Source: Mobula hypostoma
Taxonomy: Eukaryota
DNA length: 64,000 bases
Assembly: GCF_963921235.1 (NCBI RefSeq)
Contig: NC_086108.1
Coordinates: 30,690,001 to 30,754,000 of the forward strand
Direction: 5' to 3'
Shown here piece by piece: positions 1 through 11,819 of this stretch. A model generated the notes under the pieces. It did not search any database. It saw only the letters and a list, made by a program, of their open reading frames with translations, and was not told the origin of the DNA. Made by a program: the position numbers and the translations under genes. Numbering within the stretch: position 1 is the first letter of the stretch; each line of letters opens with the position of its first letter.

Positions 1-1105
1 GCTACTCCTGCTTTCTTTTGGGAAGACTTACTCAAGAGTAATGGAATGTTCACTAGTACCACCTCCTTTTCAATGTAACATTTTGACTGCCCTATTTTTG
101 TGGGAATTTTTATTCTTTTGGTGGAATGTACAAACTTTCCATCTCCCTGCTTTGTTACTAGGTGTATCTGCTTTCACCACGTTCTGAACTTCATTCCAGT
201 TTAGTTCACTAACATAGCTTTCAAGCCATTTTTCTCCACACACTGTGCATGTGCATGCTGCATCAATAACAGCAGACCCTGGAGATTCTATCATCAAAGT
301 CTCAGCATTAATAAGTGATTCTTTCACAAACAATCTCATTTGGCACACTTACACATCTTCAGATTTGTTATTTTCTTCCATTAGCCTGACTTGTTTGGTT
401 CTGTGAGGACAGTTTCTTGCCCAAAGGCAAATACTTTGACATACTGCACATTTTTATCTCCTACCATGCTTGTTTATTGGATTTGTGCCAGGTAATGGTA
501 CCCTTGTCTGGGTCACTCTAGGATCTACACTTGCAATACTTTCGCTTCTGCTCAGTGAAGTATGCCGTTTCCTGACTCGAACTAATTCTGACTGTTATCT
601 TAGAAGCCTTTTCTGCAAAATTCCCCTTCAGTACTGACTTGATGGATGCATATATAAAGTCTGTGAATGCAGTTAACACTAGCTGTCTCTCCTTTATGTC
701 TGGACACATGGTATCCAACAAGTTAAAAGCAAATACAGCATCAGGAAGATCCATTTTGTATTTACGCATGCAACTGTACTTCGGTTCAAGATCAATAATA
801 TATTCATCTGTATTCTTAGAATTGTCTCTATAAAATTCGTCAACGTCTAAAGATACCTCATAAATCTGATCAATTTTTCCTTCAGAAAAACTGGGTCAAG
901 TGTATTGATTAGCGTATTCATACCGTCATCTTTGTTCATCTTCCACAGAAATTCCCATCGCTCTTCCCGAAAGCGACAACGCCACAGTCAAGGCCTGCTT
1001 CATCTTCTCCAGTTCCGCAACACATCCATATTCCAATTTAATTTTCTAGCTTTCATAAAGCTTGCTCTCATCAAATGCTGGTGAGATCCTATAATTGGGA
1101 ACCAT
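1..1105 (-). mobile_element. Ty1/Copia (GalEa-like) LTR retrotransposon, decayed gag-protease region, running off the window's left edge
   Basis: Minus strand reads MVPNYRISPAFDESKLYES*...KQALTVALSLSGRA, then LPDAVFAFNLLD, a zinc-knuckle region GTNPINKHGRR*KCAVCQSICLWARNCPH, a protease motif AVIDAACTCTVCGEKWL, and IPLLLSKSSQKKAG. Several stops and frameshifts. The GalEa assignment is from recalled motif similarity. Confidence 0.8.
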
Positions 1106-1106
1106 T

Positions 1107-1117
1107 CACTGCTACCA
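1107..1117 (-). promoter_or_regulatory. Primer-binding site (initiator tRNA-Met type) of the Copia element
   Basis: Minus-strand TGGTAGCAGTG matches TGGTAGCAGAG at 10/11. It lies 1 nt after an LTR-like end (...ATTAACA) and just before the gag ATG at 1105-1103. Confidence 0.75.
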
Positions 1118-1118
1118 C

Positions 1119-1305
1119 TGTTAATGCCCAAACAACAAGGACAAGTTTTTCTTTTGTTTGAACAACTTTACTTTCAACGCCTCCCTTCAATACCTGACGG
1201 CCACCATCTTTACATCCCAGAATTCCTTGTTCCAGCTCCCGCGTACACATGCATAACAGGGAGCGTGCGCATGCATACTTAATACATAAATAGTGCTTAT
1301 GAACA
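1119..1305 (-). repeat. Short 5' LTR of the Copia element (outer end uncertain)
   Basis: Ends in ...TTAACA next to the PBS. Candidate TG starts lie near 1286 or 1305, where the sequence meets a Rex1 fragment. Confidence 0.55.
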
Positions 1306-1309
1306 GAAC

Positions 1310-4130
1310 TCAGCATGTATGCTGACTCATCTTTGTTGCTGATGAGGTCAACCACTGTTGTGTCATCAACAAACTTAGTGTGGTTAGAGCTGGTTCTTGC
1401 ACTACAGTCAGTGCATCAGCGGAGTGAACAGCAGTGAACTGAGCACACAGTCTTGGGGGGGGGGTGGTGGGGGGCTGGTGTACAGCATGATATTGTCGCC
1501 AGTAAAGACTGTCTGAAATCTCTCTGTCAAGAAGTCCATTGCAGAGGGAGGTGTGGAGACCCAACAAGGACAATTCACTCAGCAGCTTCTGAGGAATGCT
1601 TGCACTGAAGCTGATGAACCACTTTCTGACATAGGAGGCGCCATTCTCCAGCTGGGACGGGGCTGAGTAGAGGGCGGAGGCTATTACATCATTGATGGAC
1701 TGATTCGGGCGATATGCAAACTGGCAGGGGTCCAATGTAGTGAGAAGGCAAGATTTAATGACCAAAGCACTCATAATTATTGAGGTCAATGTTACTGGAT
1801 AGTAGTCATTAAGGCAGTTTATGGTTGGTCTCTTGGACACTGGGATGATGGCTGCAGCCTTGAAGCTGCAGGGTCAATGGACTATTTCAGAGAGATGTTA
1901 AAGATGTCCACGAAAATATCTGCTAGCTAGGTTGAACTTGACCAGGTGTGTTGTCAGGCCCTTCAGCTTTGCCTTAGTCGGCCCTTACTAGGTTCTTCCT
2001 CACATTAGCAGAGTGCTGGTCTTTGGGGGAAGGAGGAGCCTTGCTCGAAGTCACATCGTTCAGAGCATCAAACCATGCATAGAAGCATTCAGCTTGTCAG
2101 GAAGAGAGGCTCACTGTTACTTCACGCAGTGTGGTCCTATCGTCTGTTAGGGCCTGAATTCCCTGCCACATTTGCCGTGTGACCCCTGTATCACAGAAAT
2201 GGCTTGGATTCTCTGTGTATAGTCCTGTTTCGCCTTCTCGATGGTGCAGGAAAGCACAGCTCTGGCTGAATTGAGAGCCCTTGAACTGAAGGCAGAATCC
2301 CATTTTTCCAGCAGTGCACAGGCCCTCTGCTGTCAGCCATGGCTTCTGATTGACCTGGATGGTGATAGGTTTATTGACAGTGACGGCTTGACTCGTTTTA
2401 GTAGTAGTCTGTTTGCAGGGATTAGCATAACAGATAAGTGATCAGAGTAGCTAACTAGGGTGAGGGTGGCAGCCCAGTAGGCCCCATGGATGTTGGTGTA
2501 AACCAGTTCCAACATGTTCTTTCTTCTGGTAGCAAAGTCCGCATGTTGATAAAATTTAAGTAGGACTGTAGGATTTAATCTCGCATGATTAAAGTCCCCA
2601 GCAATAATAAAGAAATTGTTGGGGTGTGTGGTTTGTAGGTCACTGTTGGCACCATAGAGCTCACACAGTGCTTCCCCGCTTTAGCATGGTGTGGGGTGGT
2701 GGGATATATACAGTCACATTCATAATGGGAGTGAACTGCCCTGGTAAGTAGTAGTGGGGTCTGCTCATCACCATTAAGAACTCTACCAGCAGTGAACAAT
2801 GTGTTATGACTACCTTAGTGCTTACACATCAGGTTTTGTTAAAGTTCAAAGTACATTTATTATCAAAGTATGTATATTGCCACATACAACCTTGAGATAC
2901 ATCTTCTTATGGGCAAACACAAAATAAAGTTCGATAGAACCCATTTAAAAATGAAAACCATCAAACACCCAATGTGTAGAAAAAATCAACTTGTGCAAAC
3001 AATAAAAGTAAGCAAATAATATTCAGACTGAAATCCATGAAAGTTTGAACGTAGATAGACAGCCCTCCTCCATGGATCTTAGATTAGATTAGATTATGAA
3101 GACACGCAGTCCTTTTTTATTGTCATTTAGTAATGCATGCATTAAGAAATGATACAATATTTCCTCCGGTGTGATATCACAAAACACAGGACAGACCAAG
3201 ACTGAAAAACCAACAAAACCACATAATTATAACATATAGTTACAACTGCGCAACAATACCATAACTTGATGAAGAACAGTCCATGGCACAGTAAAAAGTT
3301 CAAAGTCTCTCAAATGTCCCACATCTCACGCAGACGGGAGAAGGAAGAAAACTTTCCCTGCCATGCCCGACCACAGTCCGACTCTGAATCGTGCGAGAAC
3401 TTCAAGCTTCCGATCAGCTCTCTGACACCGAGTACCGAGCACCGTCTCTATCCGAACGATTCGACCTCAATCTTGGCCGGCAGCAGCAGGCAAAGACGGG
3501 GATTTTGGGGCCTACCCTCAGAAGATTCTCGATCGCCCAGTAACAGCTGCAGCGAAGCTGTGTTTCAGAAATTTCTCCAGATGTTCCTTTGTGCTTTCAC
3601 GTTTGTCTCCATCAAATCAGAATTGTCCACGACCCCTATTTAATGGATACAATATCATTTTTACTGGAGGGCTGAACGCACATGGCGCGCTGCTATCTCC
3701 TCCTCCTTGCCAGAGATCTAAGCATTACCGTCTGCATACTAGCTGGACGGCTATGCTGTGGGTGGTGCCTGAAGCATAAGATAAGCACATAGAAGCCTCT
3801 CATCTCACACTGGTCTAATACAGATGTTTGTAATCCAGTTTGTTTTCCAGGGATGAAACACTGGAAAGCAGTATTGATTGGAGAGTCTGCCTAAATGGTT
3901 CTGTTTCCTGTCTAGCATGGATTCCAGCTCGCTTAATGTGGTTCTGCTTTCTCAGACATTGCATCTGGCTCCTCTTTTCCAGGCGGCTGTAGTCCATGGT
4001 TTGAGTGTCTGGTTCGTGACATATGCAGCTCCCCTGATATTAGACTTGTTAGTGATGTTGACTTGCAGCTTGCTTTTGTATTCATAAGAAGGGCACGTAA
4101 GATCTTCGTCATGTCAACTACCCTGCCCTC
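1310..4130 (-). mobile_element. Rex1/Babar non-LTR retrotransposon, decayed, interrupted at about 2840-3710 by two non-autonomous repeats
   Basis: Motifs CLNDYYPVTLTSIIM, LDPCQFAYRPNQS, ISNKDESAY, LELVYTNIHGAY and SILLSSVSSLENKLDY. Confidence 0.85.
3078..3710 (-). mobile_element. Non-autonomous SINE-like element with a (TCTAA)n tail
   Basis: The ttagattagattagatt tail is followed by an AATAAA-like signal on the minus strand and a CpG-rich body. No coding capacity; inserted in Rex1. Confidence 0.55.
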
Positions 4131-4813
4131 GTCATTCCTCTTCACTGAACAATGTAATTGTGAGGCACAATTTCCATACACAAACCATGGAAAGCAAGAT
4201 GGATGGAGCTGTAATTAAAATAATCACATGAGTCACTGCAATTTTGACAGAAAGCAGGAAACACTAGAAATCTGGAAATACAGCACCCACAGAAAAAGAG
4301 GTAGGAATAATATTACTTAATTTTTCTAAGAAATGTATGCAACTTTCTCAGTAACTGTGTCAGCACCACTTTTTGCTCTCGTGTGAGACTACTCAAAGGG
4401 TAAGTCAGGGAAAGACTATATGAACACTATAGAGTTGTGGAAATTGGGAAAAATGTCAATATTTTCCATTTACAGGGCATGATCAAGAACTGGTGTCAAA
4501 TCAACCTTCAGTAAGGCACTTCCCATTTTAATTCTCTATCTCTAATGTAACAGAAGGTGAAGTAGCAACAATTCATCTTTCAATCAGGCAATCTTTTGAA
4601 CTCAATGTGAGTTCAGCAGTTTTGAAACCATAACACCTTGGCCTAGACTTCCTGCCTTGCTACCTTCTTCCACAACTGCCCGCATCAGCGCTATCAAGAT
4701 AACCATTTAGAACTATAGTCCCAGTCAGCAGAGTTCAATGAGTTACGCAGGAGAATTGCTCATTCTATTGAAGTTTATGGAAATCAATTTCAAAATTAAA
4801 TGGTTACCATATA

Positions 4814-5393
4814 TACTCAGAGTTCACTTTATGTGAAACCACCTGTAGCTAATAACATGGCCACTAAGTGTTTATTCGTGGTCTTCTGTGGTTATAGCCC
4901 ATCCACTTCAAGGTTCAACATGTTGTGCATTCAGAAATGTTCTTCTGCACACCACTGTTGTAATGTGTGGTTATTTGAGTTACTGTCACCTTCCTGTCAT
5001 CTTGAACCAGTCTGTCCATTCTCCTCTGACCTTTCCCATTTCCCATTAATAAAACCTTTTTATCCATAGAACTGCCACTCACTGAATGCTTTGATTTTTT
5101 TTTGTTTTTCACACCATTCTCTGTAAACTCTAAAGACTGCTGTGCCTGAAAATCCCAGGAGATCAGCGGCTCTGAGATACTCAAACCACCCTGTCTGGCG
5201 TCAGAATTCATTCCATGGTCAAAGTCACTTAGATTACCTTTCTTCCCTATGCTGATGTTTGGTCTGAACAACAACCGAATGTCCTGACCACATCGGTATG
5301 CTTTTGTGCATCGAGTTGCTGCCATCTGATGAAATATTTTCATTAATGTGCAGGTGGGTGCACAGGTATACCTAATCAAGTGGCCACTGAATG
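4814..5393 (-). mobile_element. Tc1-like internally deleted DNA transposon
   Basis: IGKKGNLSDFDHGMNSDARQGGLSISE...RRMDRLVQDDRKVTVTQITTHYN is a Tc1 N-terminal HTH region. Degenerate TIRs (c/tactcag..../..ctgaatg) are flanked by TA. Confidence 0.8.
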
Positions 5394-5600
5394 TAATTGG
5401 AACTAGAATCAAAATTGGTTTATTATTGTCAGATGGTATCAAGATACAGTGTTTTGCATACTATTCATACAGATCAGATTGTTCCACAGTGCCTTGAAGT
5501 AGAACAAGGTAAAACAATAATAGTGCTAAATAAACTGAGAAAGTGCAATGCAGCTAGACAATAAAGTTCAAGACCATAACAAAGTAGACTATGAGGTAAG

Positions 5601-6019
5601 GTATTTTTCGAACTTCCAGTAATGCTCCTCCTTCACCTTTCCCCATTCCCATTTCCCTCTCTCATTTTAGCTCCCTACCTATCCATCATCTCCCTCTGGT
5701 GCTCTGCCCCCTTTCCTTTCTTCCATGGCTTTCTGTCCTCTCCTATCAGATTCCCCCATCTCCAGCTCTTTATCTCTTTCACCAATCAACTTCCAAACTC
5801 TTTACTTCACCCCTCCCCCTCTACCTGTTTCACCTATCACCTAATACCTTACACTTCTTCCTCCACCATCTTACTCTGACTTAATTTTTTTCCAGTCCTA
5901 ATGAAAGGTCTCAGACTGAAATGTCATTTGCTTACTCTTTTCCGTAGATGCTGCCTGGACTGTTGAATTCTTTGTGTGTGTTGCTTGGATTTTCAGCATC
6001 TGCAGATTTTCTTGTGTTC
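5601..6019 (+). mobile_element. Penelope-like element 3' end / pLTR, decayed
   Basis: Pyrimidine-rich 3' region, degenerate hammerhead core (ctaatgaaaggtctcagactgaaatgtc, about 5898-5925) and terminal cagcatctgcagattttcttgtgtt. Flanked by atgaggtaag / ataaggtaag. Confidence 0.7.
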
Positions 6020-6239
6020 ATAAGGTAAGAGTCCATCTTATTGTACTGGGAATCATTCCATAGCCTTACAACAGAAGGGTAATATAGTATGTTTAGTACA
6101 ATTGATTAGGAATGAGTTTCTTGGTACTAATCTCTTCTGGCTTGAACCTTCAACCTCCCTTTACCATTTTTGCTCTCACCTTATTGTCCTGCTTCTCAAT
6201 CTTTTTAAAACATGTTTCGGCTATCATTCTGATGAAATT

Positions 6240-6720
6240 ATTGACCTGCAGTGCTGACACTTTTAGAGAGCTCTGAACATAAAACCCAAGAACTCTTGGT
6301 TCACCTAAACTGTTAAGGGCCTTGCCATTAACAAGGTACTGTCCATTTACATTTGATCTCCCAAAGCACAACAGCTCATGTTTGGCCATGTTACACTCCA
6401 TCAACCGTTCATATCTGTATCTGATATATATTCCAGTGTATCCTTTGGCAATCATCTATGCTATGCACATTGTCACTTATCTTTGCACGGTCCATGAACT
6501 TACTAACCCATGCATCTTTGCTTTCAACCAGGTCATTTATATACTGTGTATCACAAACAGCAAAGGTCCAATACGGAAAATCATTAATCACAGGTGTCAC
6601 CAGACAGAATAAGTACCATCAACCACTCCTCTCTGTATTCTATATGGGCAAGCCAATTCTGAATCCAAATCCACAGTCTCCTCCACTGACTCAAATATAC
6701 CCAACACCTCATTTTCCCTA
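6240..6720 (-). mobile_element. CR1 LINE RT fragment
   Basis: YINDLVES...WVSKF and MECNMAKHELLCFGRSN. Confidence 0.75.
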
Positions 6721-7394
6721 TTGGAATTTTGCAACTTTTGAGACTTCATAAATAATTTAATAAATGCATTTTTTTTGCATTTTCTTTGGCAGTTGCATGT
6801 CACTATTTAGAATGTAGAGCACAGAACAGCATAGCATATGGGCAGGCCCTTCATCCCAAGATATCGTGCTGAACTAATTGAACTAATGACATTTATTCCC
6901 TTCTGCCATTTCCCTCGACTCTCATTCTGACGCAGCATCATTAACCTAGTGTGAACCCGTTTCTCTGTGAGGATGCTACCTGCATTTTCTGTTTCAGTCA
7001 TTGATGAAAACTATGCTATTCTTGTGCAATGCTCATCAACCCTATCATTTCAGGATATTTCTGACACTTCCATAGAGAGTCTTTATTCACTGAATTACTG
7101 TATAACTAAAGAGAAAAGATACACATTTCTCACTATGATTCACATGCTAAGAAACAAAAGGATTGCACTTGGATTCCACTCTCTTACTCTATTATAAGTT
7201 GAAAGACATATTACTAAAGGTTTTACTTACAAAGGAAGACCACTTGGCCCACTCAGTATCTTCCAGCTCACAAGGGATATGCTCCATTACCTTCTCCTTA
7301 TTTCCCTGCACCTTACAGCTCATTCTCCTTCATCCACGCCCATCCATTTCCCTTGAGGTTATTTTTTCCATTAACCTGCATTCAGTGGTGAGTT

Positions 7395-7555
7395 ACAGTG
7401 GCCAATTAAACCGCCAGCATGTTTTTGGGAAATGGGAAAAAACCAGACCCACCCGAGGGAAATGCATGTGATTACAGGCAGAATGTCCAAATTTGATATA
7501 CAAGCACAATGGGGTCATGGTTAAGCCAAGTCCTATGGTTTAGCAGCACTATGCA
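7395..7555 (-). mobile_element. V-SINE (HE1-like) remnant
   Basis: Reverse complement resembles the V-domain (...cattctgcctgtaatcacatgcatttccctcgggtgggtctggttttttcccat...). A second piece lies at about 35455-35550. Confidence 0.5.
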
Positions 7556-7984
7556 CTTTTCCACAGAGGATAACCATAAGATTTGCAGCTTCTGAGTCAT
7601 TTTCCTAGTTTATGACTCAGGAAATTTCAAGTCCAGACAATGGCATTAGTACTTTAATTTTGGAGAATGCATCATGTGATTTGATGGTTTACTGAGAATT
7701 AAACCATTACCATGACTGTTCGTGACTGTATCCAAATATTTTAGTATTGAGGATTATATCGATTTTACACGATATAGATCAGGATTTGTTGAATTTGTGT
7801 AGAATCTATTCTTCTTCTAGCTAACTCTGATAACATCCATATTGGGAGAGATGAAAGGGAAAACTCATTGTCTCTGGCCTGAAGATATATATTGGGGCAG
7901 GTGGATGTTCTGTGTTGATTCCTTTAAAAATCACTCCTGATTTTAACTCAGAGAAGTTAGGATGGCATTAAGTGGTGTTGTTCT

Positions 7985-8450
7985 CATAAACACAAGAATT
8001 TCTGAAGATGCTGGAAGTGCAAAGCAAAACACACTAAATGCAAGAGGAACTCAGCAGGTCAGTCAGCATTCACGAAATGAACAAATAACGGACAATTTGG
8101 ACCATGGCCCTTTCTTCAGGACTAGAAAAGAAGGGGAAGACTCCAGAATAAAAGGGTGGGGAAGGGGACAGAGAATAGCTAGAAGATGATAGGGAGGCCT
8201 GGCAGGTGGGGAAGGTAAAGGACTGGAGAGGAAGAAATCTGATTAGAGAGGACAGAGGACCATATGAGAAAGGGAAGGAGGAGGAACACCGGGGGAGGTG
8301 ATAGGTAGGTGAGAAGAGTTAAGAGGCAAGAGTAGGGAATAGAAGAAGAAGGGAGGGGGAGGGAAAAGTTGTTATTCATGACATCAGATAGGAGGCCACC
8401 CAGGTGGAATGTAAGTTGTTGCTCCTACATCCTGAGGGTTGTCTCCTCAT
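7985..8450 (-). mobile_element. Penelope-like element 3' end / pLTR, decayed
   Basis: aaacacaagaatttctgaagatgctggaa...gaggaactcagcaggtca, homologous to 16377-16830. Confidence 0.7.
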
Positions 8451-8917
8451 GTTATTCTCAGGCTTGACCAATCTGTCTAAACTCACACATGTAAAATGAT
8501 AGCTTATGGGTTAATGGGGATTGGCTCAGAGAAGTGGAACAAAAAATATGTCCACAATTATTTTGGCGATACCAGTCCAAGAACAGAGGTGGCAGGATCA
8601 GGAAAGGTGCCATTGCAATAATTTGGTGTCCTGTGGGTGCAAGTTCTTGCATAGCATATTGTAACTGTTACCAGGCACTGTCATGCTTTTTAATAACAAT
8701 CTAAATATTTACTTATGGTAGCTGTCTAAATGATAGCCATTATGTAGTGAGCAGGGGAAATTCAAAACAGTAGCATGTAATCCTTTCCTTTCACCAGAGA
8801 ACAGATGAGCTTTTATTGATATATGGCTTGGAGAAGATTCTTTCTCTAAGTGGAGACCTGTGCCCAGTGGTGTACCACAAATATCAGTTCCCAGTCCCCT
8901 GCTGTTTAACACTTATA

Positions 8918-11732
8918 TGTCATGGTCTGGATCGGGGTCCCTTTAAATTTACCTTGTTTATGTTATGATCCAGACCATTGATTCCCTGTTTTCCCGTGTC
9001 CCTCGACTTTGGTGATTAGAGGCAATTAACACTCGGCTGAACCGGTAGTTTATAGCCCCAGCTTTCAGCCGTTCGGCGCGGGACCGTCTGCAAGGTCATC
9101 TAAGGTACGGTGTGCCAATGTTATCTGGCCGGAGCAAGCCTAGTCTCTGCCAAAGCGAGCGCCGGTAATTCGCCTCTCCTCACCAGAGCAACCCTGTCCA
9201 GTTACCTCGCCAAAGCGAGCCTGCAAAGTTTCCTCACCGAGGTGGGTCCGTCAGTTAACCCCGCCGGAGGAAATTAAGAACTGCTGTCTACTGTTCCCGG
9301 GCCGAGTCGAGAGCTTGCCACTACCCGAAGGCTCCAAGTCAAGTCCTGGCTCCGGAGGCATTCTAGCATCAAGTCAAGTCCTGTTCCTGGCGGCTTCCCA
9401 GTTCTGAGTCAAGTCCTGGCCCTGGTGGTCCGTGATACCTGTCCTACCCCCTTGTCTGAATCCCTTCTCTGCCCCTCTCATCTCTAGCCCTCGTCTGTAG
9501 CCCCCACCTGCACTTCGGTCTAGTTCCATCACCGGAGCTAGATAGGTACTGTCTGGTGTTCATTCGTGTTGGTCTTGTCTTGTCTTGTCCTCTTCTCTGT
9601 GGGGTAAGTCAGGCCGTCTTGCCGTTGCTCCACGGGGGGTCATGTTCTGTCTTGTCTTGTCCTCGCCTCCATGGGGTAAGTCAGGCCATCTTGCCGTTGC
9701 CTCTTGGAGGGTCATGAATCCCAACCCTATGTCCTGTACCCAAGGAGGGGTCCCGGCTCTCTGTTCTGTGTGTGAGTCCCGGCCCTATGTCCTATATCCA
9801 AGGAGGGGTCCCCACTCTGTGTTCTGTGTATGTGTCCACGGTTCCATTTACCTGCTTCCTGAGACCGAGGCTCTGTGTTCCCATGTTCCTCCTCTCCCTA
9901 GCCCATGTCATGTCCTTGCCTGATTCTGGGGTCTGAGCCCGAGGCAAGACCTGGGTACTGGGTCCTTGCCCACTCTCCTAGCCTCTTCATGTCTCCTCTA
10001 GTTCCGGGAGCTGATTCTGAGTCCAAGCCCAGACCCTTGTCCCATCCTAGTCGTAGTCCTGAGTCCTTGTCCAGTTTGCTACTCCTGCTCCTGCCTTGCT
10101 CTCCTGGTATCGAACAATAAACTAAATCTAAGTAACCTCACAAGATGTGTCTTGCATTTGGGTCCACCCTTGCTCCCAATGCTCCACCATTGTGACAGAA
10201 TGCTCTTGCCAAACATGGACCCAGCAGACACAGACTGTTTTTCCAAACTCTTTTCAGCCTGAAAGTCAAGGTGTTGTTGTTCTGTTTTGCCCGCCGGCCA
10301 AATCCCCCCCAGCCACTCGGGTCATCGATAATACAGGCAAATCTGTTGGTCACCTGGAGGCTCCCATTGGGAGGGGGACACTGTCATGGTCCGGATTGGG
10401 GTCCCTTTAAATTTGCCTTGTTTATGTTACGATCCGGACCATTGATTCCCTGTTTTCCCATGTCCCTCGACTTTGGTGATTAGAGGCAATTAACACTCGG
10501 CTGAACCGGTAGTTTATAGTCTCCGGCTTTCAGCCGTTCGGCGCAGGAGCGTCTGCAAAGTCATCTAAGGTACGGTGTGCCAATGTCATCTGGCCGGAGC
10601 AAGCCTAGTCTCTGCCAAAGCGAGTGCCGGTAATTCGCCTTTTCCTCACCGGAGCAATCCTCAGCGAGCCTGCAAAGTTTCCTCGCTGAGGTGGGTCCGT
10701 CAGTTAACCCTCCGGAGGGAATCAAGAACTGCTGTCTACTGTTCCCGGGCCAAGTCGAGAGCTCACCACTACCCGGAGGCACTAAGTCAAGTCCTTGCCC
10801 TGGCGGCATTCAAGCACCATGTCCTGTCCTGTCCTGTCCCTGGCGGCTTCCCAGTTCTGAGTCAAGACCTGGCCCTGGCGGTCTGTGATTCCTGTCCTAC
10901 CCCCTTGTCTGAATCCCCTCTCTGCCCCTCTCACCTCTAGCCCTCGTCTGCAGCCCCCACCTGCACTTCGGTCTAGTTCCATCGCCGGAGCTAGATAGGT
11001 ACTGTCTGGTGTTCATTCGTGTTGGTCTTGTCTTGTCTTGTCCTCGCCTCCGTGGGGTAATTCAGGCCGTCTTGCCGTTGCCCCGCGGGGGGTCATGTTC
11101 TGTCTTGTCTTGTCCTCGCCTCCGTGGGGTAACTCAGGCCGTCTTGCCGTTGCCCCATGGGGGGTCATGTCTTGTCGTGTCTTGTCCTCGCCTCCGTGGG
11201 GTAGGTCAGGCCGTCTTGCCGTTGCCCCGCTGAGGGTCATGAGTCCTGGCCCTGTACCCAAGGAGGGGTCCCAGCTCTCTGTTCTGTGTGCGAGTCCCGG
11301 CCCTATGTCCTGTACCCAAGGAGGGGTCCGACTCTGTGTTCTGTGTATGTGTCCATGGTTCCTTGTACCTGCTCTCCCCAGACCGAGGCTCTGTTTTCCA
11401 TGTTCCTCCTCTCCCTAGCCCATGTCATGTCCTCGCCTGGTTCTGGTGTCCGAGCCCGAGGCAAGACCCAGTACTGGGTCCTTGCCCGGTCTCTGGCTCG
11501 GAGTCCATACCCTAGCCTCTTCATGTCTCCTCTTGTTCTGGGAGCCGATTCCGAGTCCAAGCCAGACCCTTGGTCCCAGCCTAGTCGTAGTCCTGAGTAC
11601 TTGTCCAGTTTGCTATTTCCTGCTCCTGCCTTGCTCTCCTGGTATCGAACAATAAACTCAATCTAAGTAACCTCACAACATGTGTCTTGCATTTGGGTCC
11701 ACCCTTGCTCCCAATGCCCCTCCATTGTGACA
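8918..11732 (+). mobile_element. Non-autonomous Gypsy (Tf1/sushi-like) LTR element: LTR 8918-10197, 184-bp internal region, LTR 10382-11732
   Basis: Two direct repeats TGTCATGG...TGTGACA and a perfect 5-bp TSD TTATA (8913-8917 / 11733-11737). The internal part has a gag-like start ATGGACCCAGCAGAC (MDPAD) and a PPT GGGAGGGGG next to the 3' LTR. It splits a CR1 RT motif (SGVPQ..PLLFNTY|INNLDE). Confidence 0.92.
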
Positions 11733-11819
11733 TTATATTAATAATCTGGATGAGAATCTAGGTGGGGGAGGCAGGGGTAGTGTGCTTGTGGATGATTCTA
11801 AAATTAATAATACAGTGAA

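Noticed and set aside
4475-4800. Possible SEA-domain-like exon (FSISNVT...SAEFNELRRRIAHSIE)
   Set aside because: Needs several stops and frameshifts; the resemblance is too weak to call by eye.
11030-11240. Regular repeats resembling a CRISPR array (also 47340-47480)
   Set aside because: Head-to-tail minisatellites without unique spacers, inside eukaryotic LTRs, with no cas genes.
9585-11666. Many overlapping 60-126 aa ORFs on both strands
   Set aside because: They arise from GC-rich tandem repeats inside the LTRs and contain no protein motifs.
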